From Eledone cirrhosa (lineage: Eukaryota), in the NCBI GenBank assembly GCA_964016885.1, contig OZ024741.1:193750001-193814000 (forward strand): a stretch of DNA of 64,000 bases, read 5' to 3'. Of the stretch, positions 27,311 through 40,099 are shown in pieces (position 1 is the first letter of the stretch; the number at the start of each line of letters is the position of its first letter). The position numbers and the translations under genes were made by a program. The notes under the pieces were generated by a model. It was not told the origin of the DNA. It worked only from the letters and a program-made list of their open reading frames with translations, and ran no database searches.

Positions 27311-29820
27311 TCTAATTTCAACGCAAAGCCAACAATTGTGGCAGAGGTTGATTATATCAAGCCAGTACTAGACTGGTACTTTATTTTATTGACTGTGGAA
27401 TGATGAGGGTAAGGTTGACCTCAGCCAAATTTAAACTCAATATAAAGAGCCATAACTAAATACCACAAAGCATTTTGTCAAATGATCTAAAAACTCTGCC
27501 AATCCACCTCCTTATTAATGATTTCGGCACAAGACAAAGAATTTGTTGGGGAGGAAAAGGTCAATTACATTGATCTCAGTATGTGATTGGTACTCTATTT
27601 TATCAACTCCAAAAGGTTGAAAGGCAAAGTTCTTTCTGTTTAAGTTTGTGTCTATCTTAGCTGCTTGACAAAAACGGGATCAATAAAATAAGTACCAGTC
27701 TTGAAAAAATAAGTACTGGAGTTGATATGATTGACTAAAGAATAAAACCCAGGTATGGTTGAGTATAGTTGCTACTTCTTTATAAAATAGCACAAGTTTG
27801 GTGCCTTACTGATTCTAATATATACTGTTTTTAATAAAACACCACAAGACATTTAGTTTCATACTTCACTGATTCTGTTATCCACCATTCTTAATGAAAA
27901 CATTATTTCAAGACCACATACTTAGGTGGAAGGGAACAGTCAAATATATCAACCCTACTTCATAAATGACTCTTTATTTTAGCGACCCTGAATGGCTGAA
28001 AGGAAAAGTTGACATATCATCACTCATACCACTTTCAAAATAACAACAACAACAAGTAGTAATAATAACAATTGTAGTAGTAATAATAATAATAATTGAT
28101 TTCTTTTAGATTAGGCACAAGACCAAGGTTTTAGAGTTAGAGGTACAGTTAATTGGCTCGACCTCAGCATATAACTGGTAGTTAGATTATTAAAAAAATA
28201 ATAAAAAGGACAAAACAAAGAAAATGTTGGAGAAAAAATGTTGTGCAGGCATCAAGAATGAGAAAAGAATGAGGAAGAAGTTGTGATGTTGATGATGATG
28301 TTGGTGTTGTAGTTGTTTTTGTTATTATTTTATGGTTTTCTGTAGATTTCTTTTGGTTTGTGTTTACATTTTGGTTCATGATTTTTTGCTTATTTATATT
28401 GGTTTGTGTTTATAAATTTGTTTATGATGTGATGTGTATTTTTGTTGCTTTGTTTTGTATATTTATATTAGTTTGTGCTTATAATTTTGTATGTTTCCTA
28501 TTGGCCTATATTTACAAATTTATATATAATTTTTGCATATATATGTTGATTTATGTTTACACTTCTGTATATGATTGTTTATATATTACTATTGATTTTG
28601 TATATATTTATGCCAATGTTGTTTACTTTTTGTTTACCATTTGTATGCTTTTTATATTGTTTTTGATAAGCTAGTTAATGTATTTTCTGATTCATTTTAT
28701 TTATCTATTGTTTACTTTACAATTTATTTCTATTGGTGTTTTATGTGAACAATTTTCTTTTTGTGAATTTTGTATTATCATTCTATTTCTATTGTTGTTT
28801 ATACATTTCTGCATTCTTAGACTTTTTCTTTACAAGTATGTTTACAGTTGACACTGAAGATATAGACAAAGCTGAAGTTGATTATTCTTGTTTACAGAGT
28901 TTTTATTTATGGAAGCATTTAACTAGCTTTTGTTGATGCATATTTGTTGTGATATTTTTTTTAATAGTTTTTATATTTTTATTTTGAGATGGTTATGTTG
29001 TTTTATGTTGGTAATATTTACATATGATTTTATGTTCTTGAATCAATGTCAGATAAATATATATATATATTTATTTCTAACATTAGTACAAGGCCACAAA
29101 TTTCGGAGGGAAGGGCAGTAGTGTATTTGAACGACTGCCTTAAATATTTAGCTGCTACATTTTTAGTTATATATTTTCATATTTAATTCTGTTTTTTGTT
29201 TTTATTTTTGTTTCCATTTTTTGTAACTCTTTTGTTGTTCATTGTCATTGTTTATGTTGTTTAATTGGAGCTGTTTGTTTATAAATGTTATTTATGTTCC
29301 TCATACATATTTATATTGCATATTACCCTGTTTTTATGTATGTGTGGAGGAAGGGTTATGTTTACTAATGTTAATGGTTTTCTGTCTTCCTTATTTTCAA
29401 GTTGTTCATATGGTTCATACTTTTGTTTAGCATTTTAATGTTGTGACTAGTTGTTGTTGATGTAAATATTGATGAGGATAATGCTGATATTATTAATGAA
29501 GATAAATGATAATAATGACAATGATGATGAGGATGTGTTTTCTCAATCCAGTTGCTTTTTTTCTTTTCTGTTTTCTTTTCTGTTTTCTTTTCTTTTATTA
29601 ATTAATTTATCTATTATTATTATTTTATGGGTAGGCGTCTATTGAAATCCAATCAGAACTGGGAGAAGAAATTATAGTGATTAAGAGAAAATGTGTAAAG
29701 AGTAATGTTTAATATGTAAATATAAATATGTATGACTATATGTGTGTGTTTGAGTGCATGAGAGATTAGTAAATAAATGGTTAAATATGTAAATAACTAC
29801 ATAGGTATATATATTTGTAA

Positions 29821-29896
<76 letters not shown>

Positions 29897-30027
29897 GTGT
29901 GTGTGTGTGTGTAATTAGTATATATATATATATATCCTAGAATGAAAAATAGTGAAAGCAACAAAGAGTTTGCAGTAAATATCCTTCATCTCCATGTTCT
30001 TATTGTTTTAAATATTGTTCATCTTCT

Positions 30028-30070
30028 TCATCTTGTTCCTTTTTTCTGTGCCTGCCAACATGATAACCGA
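30028..30070 (-). CDS. Candidate terminal coding exon of the hypothetical small-ORF gene
   Basis: Strong acceptor tcttttcttctcttgcag in non-repetitive sequence. Phase 2 gives (H)RLSCWQAQKKGTR*. Phase 1 gives GYHVGRHRKKEQDEEDEQYLKQ* ending at 30000. Confidence 0.35.
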
Positions 30071-30211
30071 CTGCAAGAGAAGAAAAGACAGATTTGAGAA
30101 CATATTCTTACCCCATATTTCCATATTCATACTTTCATTACAGAATATATTTTATAACTTCTATATTCATCAAACATTACAATAATCAGATTTGTGATTG
30201 TCTTATCAATA

Positions 30212-30630
30212 ATAATTGTTTCTACTTTTGGCACAAGGCCAGCAATTATCCCAGTGTATTACTGGTGCTTTATTTTATCGACCCCGTAAGGATGAAAGGC
30301 AAAGTTAACTTCGGCGGGATTTGAACTCAGCTCATAAAGGGACGTAACTCTATGCTTCAAAGCATGGTGTCCGACTCTCTACCGATACTGCCAATCCACC
30401 GCCCTAATAATAATCAATAATAATAATAACAATAATGGTTTCTGATTTAGGCACAAGGCCAACAATGTTTTATTTTTGTTGGGGCGGGGGGGGGTCGATT
30501 AAATCAGTCGACCCTTCAAAGATATAAGACAAAGCTAACGTCGACGGGATTTGAAATTAGAATGTAAAGGGCCGTAACTCTATGATGCAAAGCATGGTGT
30601 CTGATGCTCTACCAATTCCACCAATCCACC
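30212..30630 (-). mobile_element. Two Meta-like tRNA SINE copies
   Basis: Same consensus as the 25.6-27.3 kb cluster. The first copy is complete to its A box. Confidence 0.85.
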
Positions 30631-30633
30631 ACC

Positions 30634-30669
<36 letters not shown>

Positions 30670-30672
<3 letters not shown>

Positions 30673-31185
30673 GGATGACAGCTGCATAAAAAGGTGCAGG
30701 GCACTAGAAGTCAATGGAAGCCACGGAGTGGGGAGACCCAAGAAGACCTGGGATGAGGTGATAAAAGCCGACCTTACCCAATTACACCTCTCAAAGGTGA
30801 TGACACATGACCGTGACCTCTGGCGTCATGCAGTAATACAGAAGAGCCCCCCCCCCCCATGGGTACAAGCCAAAGCTGAAGCACATAGACAATATGCCCC
30901 CACCCCCACCCACTGCAAAGTGGTCGTGAAGATGTCACGGCAAAAAAACACCCAACCCACACTGTAAAGTGGACATGTAGGTGCCACGGAAAAAAGCACC
31001 CAGCACTCACTGTAGATGAGGTTGGTGTTATGAAGGGCATCCAGCTGTAGAAATCAAGCCAGAATCAGTTCCTGTATGAGCAAGACAAGGTCAGCCGACC
31101 GGACACTGCCCACAACAGGACAACCTGCCTAACCCATGCTAGCGCTGAAGAACGGACCTAAAACGGTGATGATGATGATGATGAA
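30670..31185 (+). mobile_element. RTE 3' end with UTR and (GAT)n tail
   Basis: GRPKKTWDEVIKADL...DRDLWR, followed by the UTR and gatgatgat. Confidence 0.85.
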
Positions 31186-31601
31186 TACAGAATAATGCTT
31201 TCTTTATTGGCCACAAGAGCCAATAAATAGGGGACAATACATTGTACAGGGACAAAAGGATTTACAATGAAATTGTGTAAAAAAATGTATATAAACAATT
31301 AAAATAAACAAATAATAATAATAATAATGATTTTTAATTTAGGCACAAGGCCAACACTTGGGTCGTCCTTTATTTTATTGGCATTGGAAAGGTGAAAGGG
31401 AAAGTTGACGATGGCAGGATTTGAACTCAGAAAGTAAATACTGGTATATATATATTGCAAAGCCTTTATCTAATGCAGGAAAATAGTGTTGAACTAAATT
31501 CTTTTATATATATTTGTCGTGTAGATCACTAACACTATGGAGGTTACTACACAGGCTGTGGAAGAACAAACATTGTGTATATTTAAATATATATATTTAT
31601 A

Positions 31602-34600
31602 TATCATCATCATCATCATTTTACGTCTGCTTTTCCCTGCTTGCAAAGGTTGGACTGGTCCTATTCAGCACAGCATCTCTCCACTTGTCACGGTCCTTCG
31701 TCATCTCCTCAGTGAGTTTCAGTGATCTGAGGTCTGCTCTCACCACCTCCGCCCATGTTTTTCTACCTCTACTGCGTCTTCCTTCTACTGGGATTTCTTG
31801 GCACTTCTTTACCCAGCGGTCATCCTCCATGCGCATCACATGTCCATACCCATGCAGTCTTCTCTCCCGCACACTACAGCTTGTCCCTCTTATACACAGT
31901 TTCATTCTCAACTCTTCTATGCTTGGTCTTTCGCGCACATTGACATTGCACATCCAACAGAGCATACTTGCTTCATTTCTCTCCATTCGTCACATATCCT
32001 CTGCAGTTGCTGCCCATGTCTCACTACCATGCAGCATCGCGCATCTCACACAGGCATCATATAACCGTCATTTCGTACGCAGGGAGAAACCCTTCTTTGT
32101 CAACAAAGGAAGCAGCTCCCTAAACTTCTTCCAACCCGTCCTTATTCTAGATACTATGGCCTCAGAACCCCCCCCCCCCTCCTATGCTAATCTGATCACC
32201 TAGGTACCGGAAGCTATCAACCATTTCTATAGAACCCACCTGCATTGGAAAAATGAGTCTATCACAGCGATTACTACTGCCAACTTTCCCTGTACATCTA
32301 CTGCATACATAGTTTTCCCTACCTGTTAGCTTGCCTGCTATCCCACTACATCTCTTGTGTACCCAAGATCTGCATTGCGTACATTTTATGGAATTTATGC
32401 CAGTTCCTTTCCTACATATCAAACATGGCTATTTCCCTGATGGAATCGGAGCATTGTCCTCTCTTCTACTTATCAACACTTTTGTCTTAGCTAGGTTCAC
32501 TCTCAGTCCTCTTGATTCCAACTGCTGTTTCCATAGTCAGAATTTATTCTCTAGCTCCTCTACTGATTCTGCTATAAGAACCAGATCATCAGCATAGAGA
32601 AGTTCCCATGGGCATCCAGTCTTAAACTCCTCTGTTATAGCTTGGAGGACTATAATGAACAAGAGCGGGCTGAGGACCAAACCCTGATGTACACCTCCTT
32701 GTATCTGGAATTCCCCACTAAACTCCATACCTACTCTCACTTTACTGACAGCATCCCTGTGCATAGCTTGCACTGTCCTCACAAGCCATTCCTCTACACC
32801 TAGTTTCCTTAGGGACTACCAGATGACAGATCGGGGTACCCTATCAAATGCCTTCTCTAGGTCAACAAAAGCTAAGTATAGTGGCTTATTCTTCTCTAAG
32901 AACTTCTCTTGTAGTTGCCTCACTAAGAAGAGGGCATCTATTGTACTTTTCCCAGGCACAAAACCAAACTGCATCTCATCTAATTTGACCCTTTCTCTAA
33001 TCAGTTGCGCTAATATTCTCTCTGCCACTTTCATAACCTGATCCATCAGCTTTATGCCCCTATAATTTCTCCTCTCTAGAGCATCCTCTTTACCTTTGTA
33101 GCAATTTATGAGAATACTGCTTCACCAATCTTTGCGTATGACACCACCATATATAACTTGATCGATGATGCGTGCAACCAGCTTAGTACCTACGTCCCCT
33201 GATGCCTTCAGCATCTCAGCAACTATCCCCGATGGTCCAGCAGCCTTACCATTCTTCATTTCTTTAATTGCCTCTTGTACCCTATATTCGTCAATCTCAA
33301 TAGCTGGTCCCTCTGTTGGGTCCACTGGGGGTAATTTTTCTCTGGCCCATTCGTTCTCCACATTCATCAGTCTCTCATAATGACATTTCCAAGCCTCCTT
33401 TTTTGATCATTCATGACACTAAGTACACCGGCATCCTTCCAGATACACTTATCTCCAACAACATCCTGATTTGCACTGACACACTGCCTTGCAATGCAGA
33501 ACACCGCACGTCTCTGATCTTCCCGTCGCGGAACATTGGCAAACCTCCTACTCTTAGCGTCCCTGTGTGCTAAGTACACCTGACGTCTAGCTTCTCTCTT
33601 AGCGGCTGTGTATCCTTCCCTACTCCCACCATTTTTCCAAGCCTTCCATGCCAGTTTTTTTGTCTCTAATGGCCCTATCTACCGTTCTGTTCCACCACCA
33701 GGTCACTCTCTGTCTGGTTGAAGCTCTGCTCCAGCCACAAGTTTCTTCAGTAGCCTGCAGTAAGTTTCACGTAAGAAATTCCAGTTATCATCTATGTCAT
33801 ACGACTCTAAATCGTCTTCTTTTTCGTCATACATGTCTTGAAGGGCTTTGCTATATATATATTTTAATGAAAGGTCTTTTAGTTTCCAGACCTTTCTTTT
33901 CCACACCTTCCTGTATGTCTCATTCTTTCTCATGCTTACTGAGATGTCACTAACGACTAACCTATGTTGTGGGGTACATTCTTCCCCAGGGTATGCCTTA
34001 GTATTTGATACCATCTGTCTGTCTCGCTGTCTAACTAACAGGAAGTCAATCTGCCTTATGTACTCGCCTGATTTGTAGATTATTAGGAAGTTAGTGTTGC
34101 AAATGGTTAGTGCATTTGCATCACAAAATTCAAGAAGCCTCACTCCTTCTTCATTTCTTCAGCCGTAACCGTGCCCACCATGTACCTCAGTGTATCCATC
34201 CTGGAGCTGTCCAACATGTCCATTGAAGTCCCCTGCTAGCATAACGATGTCTCTGTCCTCTGTCATTGAGGCTGTTTGTAAAAGTTGCTCATAAAAGCAG
34301 TCTTTCTCATCTTTGCTTAGGCCTGCCTGGGGAGCATAGGCAGAGATGATTGTCAGTAGTCTCTTGTCTACAACTAATCTAAGCTTAATTATTCTATCAC
34401 TAACTCTAACTACCTCTATTGTCTTATTGATCCATCTCTCAGCCAGTAATATGCCCACCCCACCTAACCCATCATCATTACCCACCCAAAAAAGCTTATA
34501 ACTACGATGTTTGCCTGCGATTAGTCTTGCAGAGACACCTCTCCATCTCACCTCTTGCACACAGCACACATCCACATGCCTTCTCTCCAGCATCTCCGCT

Positions 34601-34655
34601 ATCTCACCAAATCTACCTATTAGAGTGCCAACATTAAGTGTGGCAACTCTGAGAT
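31602..34655 (-). mobile_element. Near full-length decayed RTE-clade LINE (AP endonuclease, RT, Cys/His insert)
   Basis: APE motifs RVATLNVGTL, CVQEVRW, SAYAPQ, GDFNGH, QIDFLL and QHRLV. RT motifs FVDLEKAFDRV, GVHQGLVLSPLLF and LLYADD. C-terminal RGRKTW and (GAT)n tail. Multiple stops and frameshifts. Confidence 0.92.
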
Positions 34656-35209
34656 GCGACGTCTTGTTCTTTTTCCTGATATATCATCATCATCATCATC
34701 GTCGATTAACGTCTATCTTCCACGCTAGCATGGGTTAGATGGGTTTGTCCCAATTAGAGGCAAGTCGAGTTGGGTGACCATCTCTTGCTCATATAGGAGA
34801 GTTTCTGGCTGGTTTTCTATAGCTGGATGCCCTTCTTAACACCAACCACATTGACGGTGTGTGCTGGGTGCTTTTTACGATATGGTGCAGTATCCTCCAT
34901 AGTGTTAGTGATCTACACAGTACACACTATAAAGTGATTGGTGATAGGTAGGGCATCCAACCATAAAAAGCTTGTCAAACAAATGATTGTGAGGAACCTC
35001 CAGTTATGTCAAACACATGACAACCTCCCTAATGCTGGTGCCATGATAAATGTACTTGGTAGCATGTGAGACCGTACATAAACATGATGTAGACCCTCAG
35101 CCAGTCTGGGAGGTAAGCAGTCCCACTTCCGTTCTGACTTGGTCTGTATAGACCCGTCCAACCTTTGCTTGCAAGGAAAACAGATGCTAAACAATGATGA
35201 TGGTAATGA

Positions 35210-35267
<58 letters not shown>

Positions 35268-35364
35268 TCATCATCATCATCAGTCATCCACAGATGAATC
35301 TATAATATCTTTCACTCTCTGCCTCCAACCGTTTTTGTCCCCCATCAAGACTTTAATTTTAGTT

Positions 35365-36005
35365 TGAGAGAAGACTACGTTGGTATGGCCACATGATGCG
35401 CATGAAAGACGGCAGCTGTATAAAAAAGTGCAAGGCAATCAAAATTGATGGAAGTTACGGAGTAGGTAGACCCAGAAAAACCTGGGATGATTTGATAAAT
35501 TCCGACCTTACACACTTGCACCTCTTCAAGACAATGTCACTGGACCGAGATCTTTGGCACCACACAGAAATACAGAAGACCCGCCTTGCCTATGTACAAA
35601 GCGAAACCTACAGTCAGTAGGCACCTCTTAACCAATATACACCCCAACCCACTACCCCTACTCCATCCTCCCACTCCCACCAACACCACCTTTCTCTGTA
35701 AAGTTATGTTTGTACCACAACATCCTGTCCAAACTAAAGGGGTCGTCTAGGTGTCACGACAAAAAAACACACAGTCCACGCTGTAATGTGGCCGTGTAGG
35801 TAACACGGTAAAAAGTTCCCAGTCCACACTGTAAATGTGGTTGGTGTGAGGAAGGGCATCCAGCTGTAGAAAACCTGCCAGATAGTCCTATATGAGCGAG
35901 TCACGGTCACCCGACCAATTTTGCCTGAAGTGGGACAACTCCCATCTAACACATGCTAGCGTGGAAGATTGACGTTAAATGATGATGATGATGATGATGA
36001 TGATG
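35365..36005 (+). mobile_element. RTE 3' end with UTR
   Basis: RLRWYGHMMRMKD...GRPRKTW, UTR and (GAT)n tail. Closely related to 46150-46745. Confidence 0.85.
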
Positions 36006-36049
36006 ACCAGTATGCTCTCCGAGTATTTTTGGAATATCTTCCTTCCTGC

Positions 36050-37260
36050 TCCTGTGCAGCACCTACCTCCTGATGGTAACCAAAATAAAATCTTAGAAAC
36101 TGGTAGGTACCCAATTCTGTGGCAATGGCCAGCAAAGCATAACCTTCTCTACCTAATGGTATCTGATAGTTGTGGCAGGCCTTGGTTGGATGATCTCTCC
36201 AGCTGATGATAAAAAATCTCCTCCATAACTTAGTATATAATCTATCAATTTTTATTTCTATGTTTTGTGCTATGGTCTAAGTTTCTTAGTATAGAATACT
36301 TTCATGCCCTGAAAAATCTGTGTTTCAGTTTTCTGTCCATATTTTGTCTAGCTAGTTTATTGCAGCTCATGCCAATCCTTTCCTTACTCATCTTTAGTTT
36401 CTGGAGCTCCACCTGACCAATGATTTGACCAGTTAAGGATTTTACTTAATAATTGTTTCTACTTTAGGCACAAGGCCAGCAATTACCCAGTGCATTACTG
36501 GTACTTTATTTTATCGACCCCGTAAGGATGAAAGGCAAAGTCAACCTCGGCGGGATTTGAACTCAGATCGTAAAGGGACGTAACTATGCTGGAAATTAAT
36601 AATAATCATTAATTCCATCTGTTACATTTTGTGTTTTACTAACATTAAGATGTAAACCAACTAGATTTGTTGTATGTTCAACACAATGCAATAATTTTTC
36701 AGCCAACTCCAGTGATTCACTGATCAGTGTGATATCATCAGCTAGGCCAAATCCTTTAGTCATATCTCTGGATACCATGTCTCTCTCCTTGAACTCTGTA
36801 ATAGTCTTAGCAAGAGATATCAAACCAACACAATGGTCAAAAAGTCCCATTAAACCTATTATGAAGAGTGCTACTGCTTCCATGGATTCACAACACAGGG
36901 GTATTAGTTTAAACACTATTGCATCAAAATTATACTATAAAATGATTTTAAATTGAATACAATCATTTATAAATCCATTATTGGAATGGATTCAGATGTT
37001 TGAAAATTATGCTCCATTTTATCAAACCTTTTAGCACTGTGAGAATCATTGAGGGTTTAAAAGACAAATTCTTGAAGCACATGGCATATTACTTTTAATA
37101 GAAAATGTAATTAAACTAATCTATGAAAACATAGAAGCCCAGGTGATCACCCCAGATAGTGAAAATCCTTTATCAGTATTTTAGCTGGCATATTTCAGCT
37201 CCATTTTTGTTCATTATTAATTTGGATTACTCATTGAAAGAAGTATTTAAAACATCTGAT
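36050..37260. mobile_element. Old RTE-like LINE with inverted 5' part, interrupted by a SINE (about 36451-36595)
   Basis: Minus strand: LADDITLISES...VGLHLNVSKT. Plus strand: RGISLNTIASKLYYKMILN...APFLFIINLDY. Confidence 0.6.
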
Positions 37261-38479
37261 GGAGATTGTGAAAGTGTTTTATATATATGTGTGTGGGGTG
37301 AAGATCAGTAAAATACATAATGTCTTTATATTCTATTTCATGTAATAATGGGAGGCATTGCATTTGTCATTACTCCTGTCTGAAATTTTTTAGAGAGAGC
37401 TAAAAAAACTGAAATATATTGTTTCAGCATAGATTGTTACTTTTTGCTTTAAATAGAATCATAAAAGTGTTAAAGTAAAAATGTTTGCAGCAAAATCAGT
37501 TATTGACGTCTTTTGTTTATCTCCTCTTTCATGTTTGATGTGTGAGAAATGAAAGGCATTCTGCCAGATTTTAAAAGCACATTTTCAAGTGTATTTGTAA
37601 ATGTCATATGTGATAGATTGACATTAACCTTTGGCAGAATGTGGTGAAGTGCCAGAATTGTTAGAGTACCAGACTAAATACAGAACAGTGTTTTGTTACA
37701 GGAAATTGGCTGGGTCATTAGAACATGGCACAAAAATTTTCTGAGTTCAAATCCCTCTGATGTCTACTTTACCCATCATCATTTCAGGGTTGATAAAATA
37801 AAGTACCAATTCTGGGCAGTGGGTTGGCAAAATATTTAGAGGATTTGAATATTTGTTCCAGCACTTGACTTCAAATCTCACAGCAGTGTACTTTGGTAGT
37901 AGACATAATTCATTGCCTAGTTTAACACCACCAGATGGCACCTGAGTAAAAAGTAATAAAAAAAAAAAAGCTGGGTTCAAATCTTGCTCCAGTCAATATT
38001 GTCTCAAACCCCTTTGAGATCTATAAAATAAGTACTAGTTTTACACTCGTATAAATGTTCTAATTTAGTTTTATTTTTTAAACTTTTTGGTCAAATGGAA
38101 AAAGGCAACAGCCCTTTTGTATAACCTCATAGACTGCTGTGGGAGAAGAAGGAAGAACTTATTCTGAGGTTAGAGAACTGGTCTGAATATTTACAGCAGA
38201 ATGAATTCTGTTAAATGCACCCAAGGGCTACATGGTTGGAGGAAATTCAAAGCACAGATGGTGGTGTTAAACTGGAAAATGAATGAGGTCTACCACCAAT
38301 ATTGAATACTCCCTATCCTCATCAAATACTTGGATGGTATGTATTTTATTCAGCCCAGAAAGTTAAAACAAATTTCAATCCAAAAGATTTGAACTCAGAA
38401 TGCTAAAAGACAAAAGTTCACATCACAAAGCCTGGTGTTCTATCAATTCTGCCTCACAACATTAACAATAACAATACTC

Positions 38480-38850
38480 AATACATTTTAAGATATACAA
38501 TGGATACAAAGAGCTATTTAATCTGAAAGCATAGTAGCTAGAATAAGACAGGCTAGCAAATATTTAGGGAGCTACTACTTCTGTTGACTACAAAGAGATT
38601 TTCTCTGAGTGAAGGGTAAATTGTATGATGCTCAAGTGAAAAGTACGATGATGCATAGGGGGGAGACATGGCAGTAAATACAAGGGATATAGAGAGATTG
38701 GAGAGAAATGAAGCAAGCATTATCTGTTGGATGTGCAATGTTGGTGTGCATGAATGATGATAGATGGATGAACTGAGGAAAAGCTGAGTACAAGAGGAAT
38801 TAGATACTATGTGCAAGAGAGATGACTCCACTGGTTTGGACATGTGATGT
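38480..38850 (+). mobile_element. RTE 3' coding remnant
   Basis: ERLERNEASIICWMCNV motif. Confidence 0.7.
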
Positions 38851-39034
38851 GATTTTTCCATGGTAGCATGGGTTTGATAGGTTGTGCTGTTGTGAGACAG
38901 GTCAGGTCAGATGACCATGTCTTGCTCACACAGAATGGTTTCTGGCTTGGTTGCTATGGCTGGATGCCCATCCTAATGCCAACCCCATTTATAGTGCAGA
39001 CAGGGTGCTTTTTATCATGGCACCAAAATGACCC

Positions 39035-39955
39035 ATTTACGGTGTGGACTGGACACTTTTTGTCATGGAATAAACACAACCCCTTTACAGTGTAGACTGG
39101 GTACATTTTGTCATGGAATAAACACAACCCCTTTACGGTGTGGACTGGACACTTTTTGTCATGGAATAAACACAACCCCTTTACAGTGTAGACTGGGTAC
39201 ATTTTGTCATGGAATAAACACAACCCCTTTACGGTGTGGACTGGACACTTTTTGTCATGGAATAAACACAACCCCTTTACAGTGTAGACTGGGTACATTT
39301 TGTCATGGAATAAACACAACCCCTTTACGGTGTGGACTGGACACTTTTTGTCATGGAATAAACACAACCCCTTTACAGTGTAGACTGGGTACATTTTGTC
39401 ATGGAATAAACACAACCCCTTTACGGTGTGGACTGGACACTTTTTGTCATGGAATAAACACAACCCCTTTACAGTGTAGACTGGGTACATTTTGTCATGG
39501 AATAAACACAACCCCTTTACGGTGTGGACTGGACACTTTTTGTCATGGAATAAACACAACCCCTTTACAGTGTAGACTGGGTACATTTTGTCATGGAATA
39601 AACACAACCCCTTTACGGTGTGGACTGGACACTTTTTGTCATGGAATAAACACAACCCCTTTACAGTGTAGACTGGGTACATTTTGTCATGGAATAAACA
39701 CAACCACTTTACGGTGTGGACTGGACACTTTTTGTCATGGAATAAACACAACCACTTTACGGTGTGGACTGGACACTTTTTGTCATGGAATAAACACAAC
39801 CCCTTTACAGTGTAGACTGGGTACATTTTATCATGGAATAAACACAACCACTTTACGGTGTGGACTGGACACTTTTTGTCATGGAATAAACACAACCCCT
39901 TTATGGTGTAGACTGGGTACTTTTTGTCATGGAACCAAAACAACACTTTTACAGT
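39035..39955. repeat. 48-bp minisatellite with alternating A/B monomers (96-bp dimer), derived from an RTE 3' UTR
   Basis: A is ...tttacggtgtggactggacactttttgtc... and B is ...tttacagtgtagactgggtacattttgtc.... Contiguous with the RTE UTR at 38855-39035. Confidence 0.95.
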
Positions 39956-40099
39956 GAGGAGTGGGTGCTCTTTGTCATATATCTCTATCTCTCTCTTTAT
40001 ATATATATACATACATACACACACACAAACACATATATATATACACACACAAACACACATATATATATATACAAATTTAAAGGATCTTCCTTTTTTCCT

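Noticed and set aside
28360-29430. Hydrophobic membrane-protein-like ORFs
   Set aside because: They follow from T-rich composition and show no recognisable domain or splice structure.
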